A stretch of DNA of 60,156 bases, filler included, from Hausera hauseri (lineage: Eukaryota): assembly GCA_046269625.1 (NCBI GenBank). It is 11 parts of 11 records of this genome, joined end to end, with 100 filler letters (N's around TTAATTAATTAA, not from the genome) between each part and the next. Parts side by side here need not be neighbours in the genome. Positions count along the whole stretch, not along the records: positions 55,421 to 60,156 come from JBJURY010455691.1; 10 more parts are not named here. One strand, given 5' to 3'. The position numbers and the translations under genes are program-made. This document shows, one piece after another, positions 59,383 through 60,156 of this stretch (position 1 is the stretch's first letter; every line of letters starts with the position of its first letter). The notes under the pieces were generated by a model. That model did not search any database. It was not told where the DNA came from and saw nothing but the letters and a program-made list of their open reading frames with translations.

Positions 59383-60156
59383 TTATTTCCCCGTTTGGTT
59401 TCTTAGGAGGTTGCCAAGAAACCTGAACAGCGAAACGATATTCTTCTTGGAGGTTCGTGAATTAACATCCGTTAGATGGATTATTGATAATGTCAAGTGC
59501 TGTGATGGGTCACTTGGTTTCGTTCCCTGAGAAGTAAATTCTTGAACCATTGACCAATCACTGCACCTTGATGAATTTTTCATACAACTCCGAACTGCTA
59601 CTTCATACGTCGTTGATGGAACCAAATTCTTTATTGTTAAAGCAGTAGAAGAAATATTAATATAATGTCTCTGTAAATTTTGAATTGAATTAATGTAATA
59701 TTCAATTTGATAAAGTAAATCTGGCTGCAAATTACTTATATTATCGAAATTGGAATTTCTATCATACAAAGAGATTTCTGCCCACGTGTCACCAAAATCC
59801 CCCAATTTTAGATTAACCGGTATCGGAAGTGAAATATACTTATTAGTTTCCTTGGTGATCACCGGCTGCAAAATGGGTTTTGAAAGTCTTTCAGCAGTGT
59901 CAGCAACAACTGATATAAAGTAATGCGTGCTAGGTTTTAGAGACAGAATTGCAAATTTCGTTTCAGTGCCACTAATGACTTGTTCACTAGGCCCCGGATA
60001 TAATTCACCCCATTGAATGATATAGCGATAGACTTTTGCAGCCGATGAAGTCCAGCTCAATTTGATACTGTGCGTATATAGTTTAATTTTAAAATTTTCT
60101 ATTTTTTTGTTGTCAATGCTCCTCCTCACAATCTTACCGGACTTGTTAACATCCAA
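59383..60156 (-). CDS. Fibronectin type III tandem fragment, DCC/neogenin/frazzled-like
   Basis: SIKLSW...YIIQWG...LKPSTHYFISV and NLVPSTTYEVAV...SDWSM...PSDPSQHLTL resemble neogenin FN4-FN5 and the start of FN6. It then switches abruptly to unrelated sequence. Confidence 0.7.
   Translation of the reverse strand: MDVNKSGKIVRRSIDNKKIENFKIKLYTHSIKLSWTSSAAKVYRYIIQWGELYPGPSEQVISGTETKFAILSLKPSTHYFISVVADTAERLSKPILQPVITKETNKYISLPIPVNLKLGDFGDTWAEISLYDRNSNFDNISNLQPDLLYQIEYYINSIQNLQRHYINISSTALTIKNLVPSTTYEVAVRSCMKNSSRCSDWSMVQEFTSQGTKPSDPSQHLTLSIIHLTDVNSRTSKKNIVSLFRFLGNLLRNQTGK

Overview
This is eukaryotic (animal-like) repeat-rich DNA. It is 11 short contigs joined by ten artificial 100-nt linkers (44 N + TTAATTAATTAA + 44 N), so adjacency across linkers is not biological. 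Contents: (1) Three decayed copies (1-8527, 23338-28336, 28437-33746) of a virus-like, Polinton/Maverick-related element built around a protein-primed family B DNA polymerase. The longest copy also carries a TBP-like gene, dUTPase, a Maelstrom/DnaQ-like nuclease, a RING finger, two paralogous putative SSB genes and two orphan genes, most with an upstream TATA box. No capsid, packaging ATPase, integrase or TIR is visible in these fragments. (2) A second, more canonical pPolB family (15326-19144). It shares with family 1 a tandemly duplicated ~70-aa Cys/His module placed N-terminal to the polymerase behind a conserved splice-acceptor-like site. (3) Three copies of a CsRN1-like Ty3/Gypsy element (CHCC knuckles, A-AAA-AAC -1 frameshift). 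In both copies that retain gag, it is preceded by a ubiquitin-like domain ending RIRGG or RVRGR. (4) A degenerate Helitron, an unrelated Gypsy relic interrupted by a mariner-derived element, a MITE and tandem repeats. (5) Host-type sequence: a divergent DNHD1-like dynein gene with ~45-nt introns, an intronless 1794-aa chimera (coiled coil + ~1270 aa of axonemal dynein + unrelated tail), and a DCC/neogenin-like FN3 fragment. All homology calls come from motif recognition by eye; no database searches were run.
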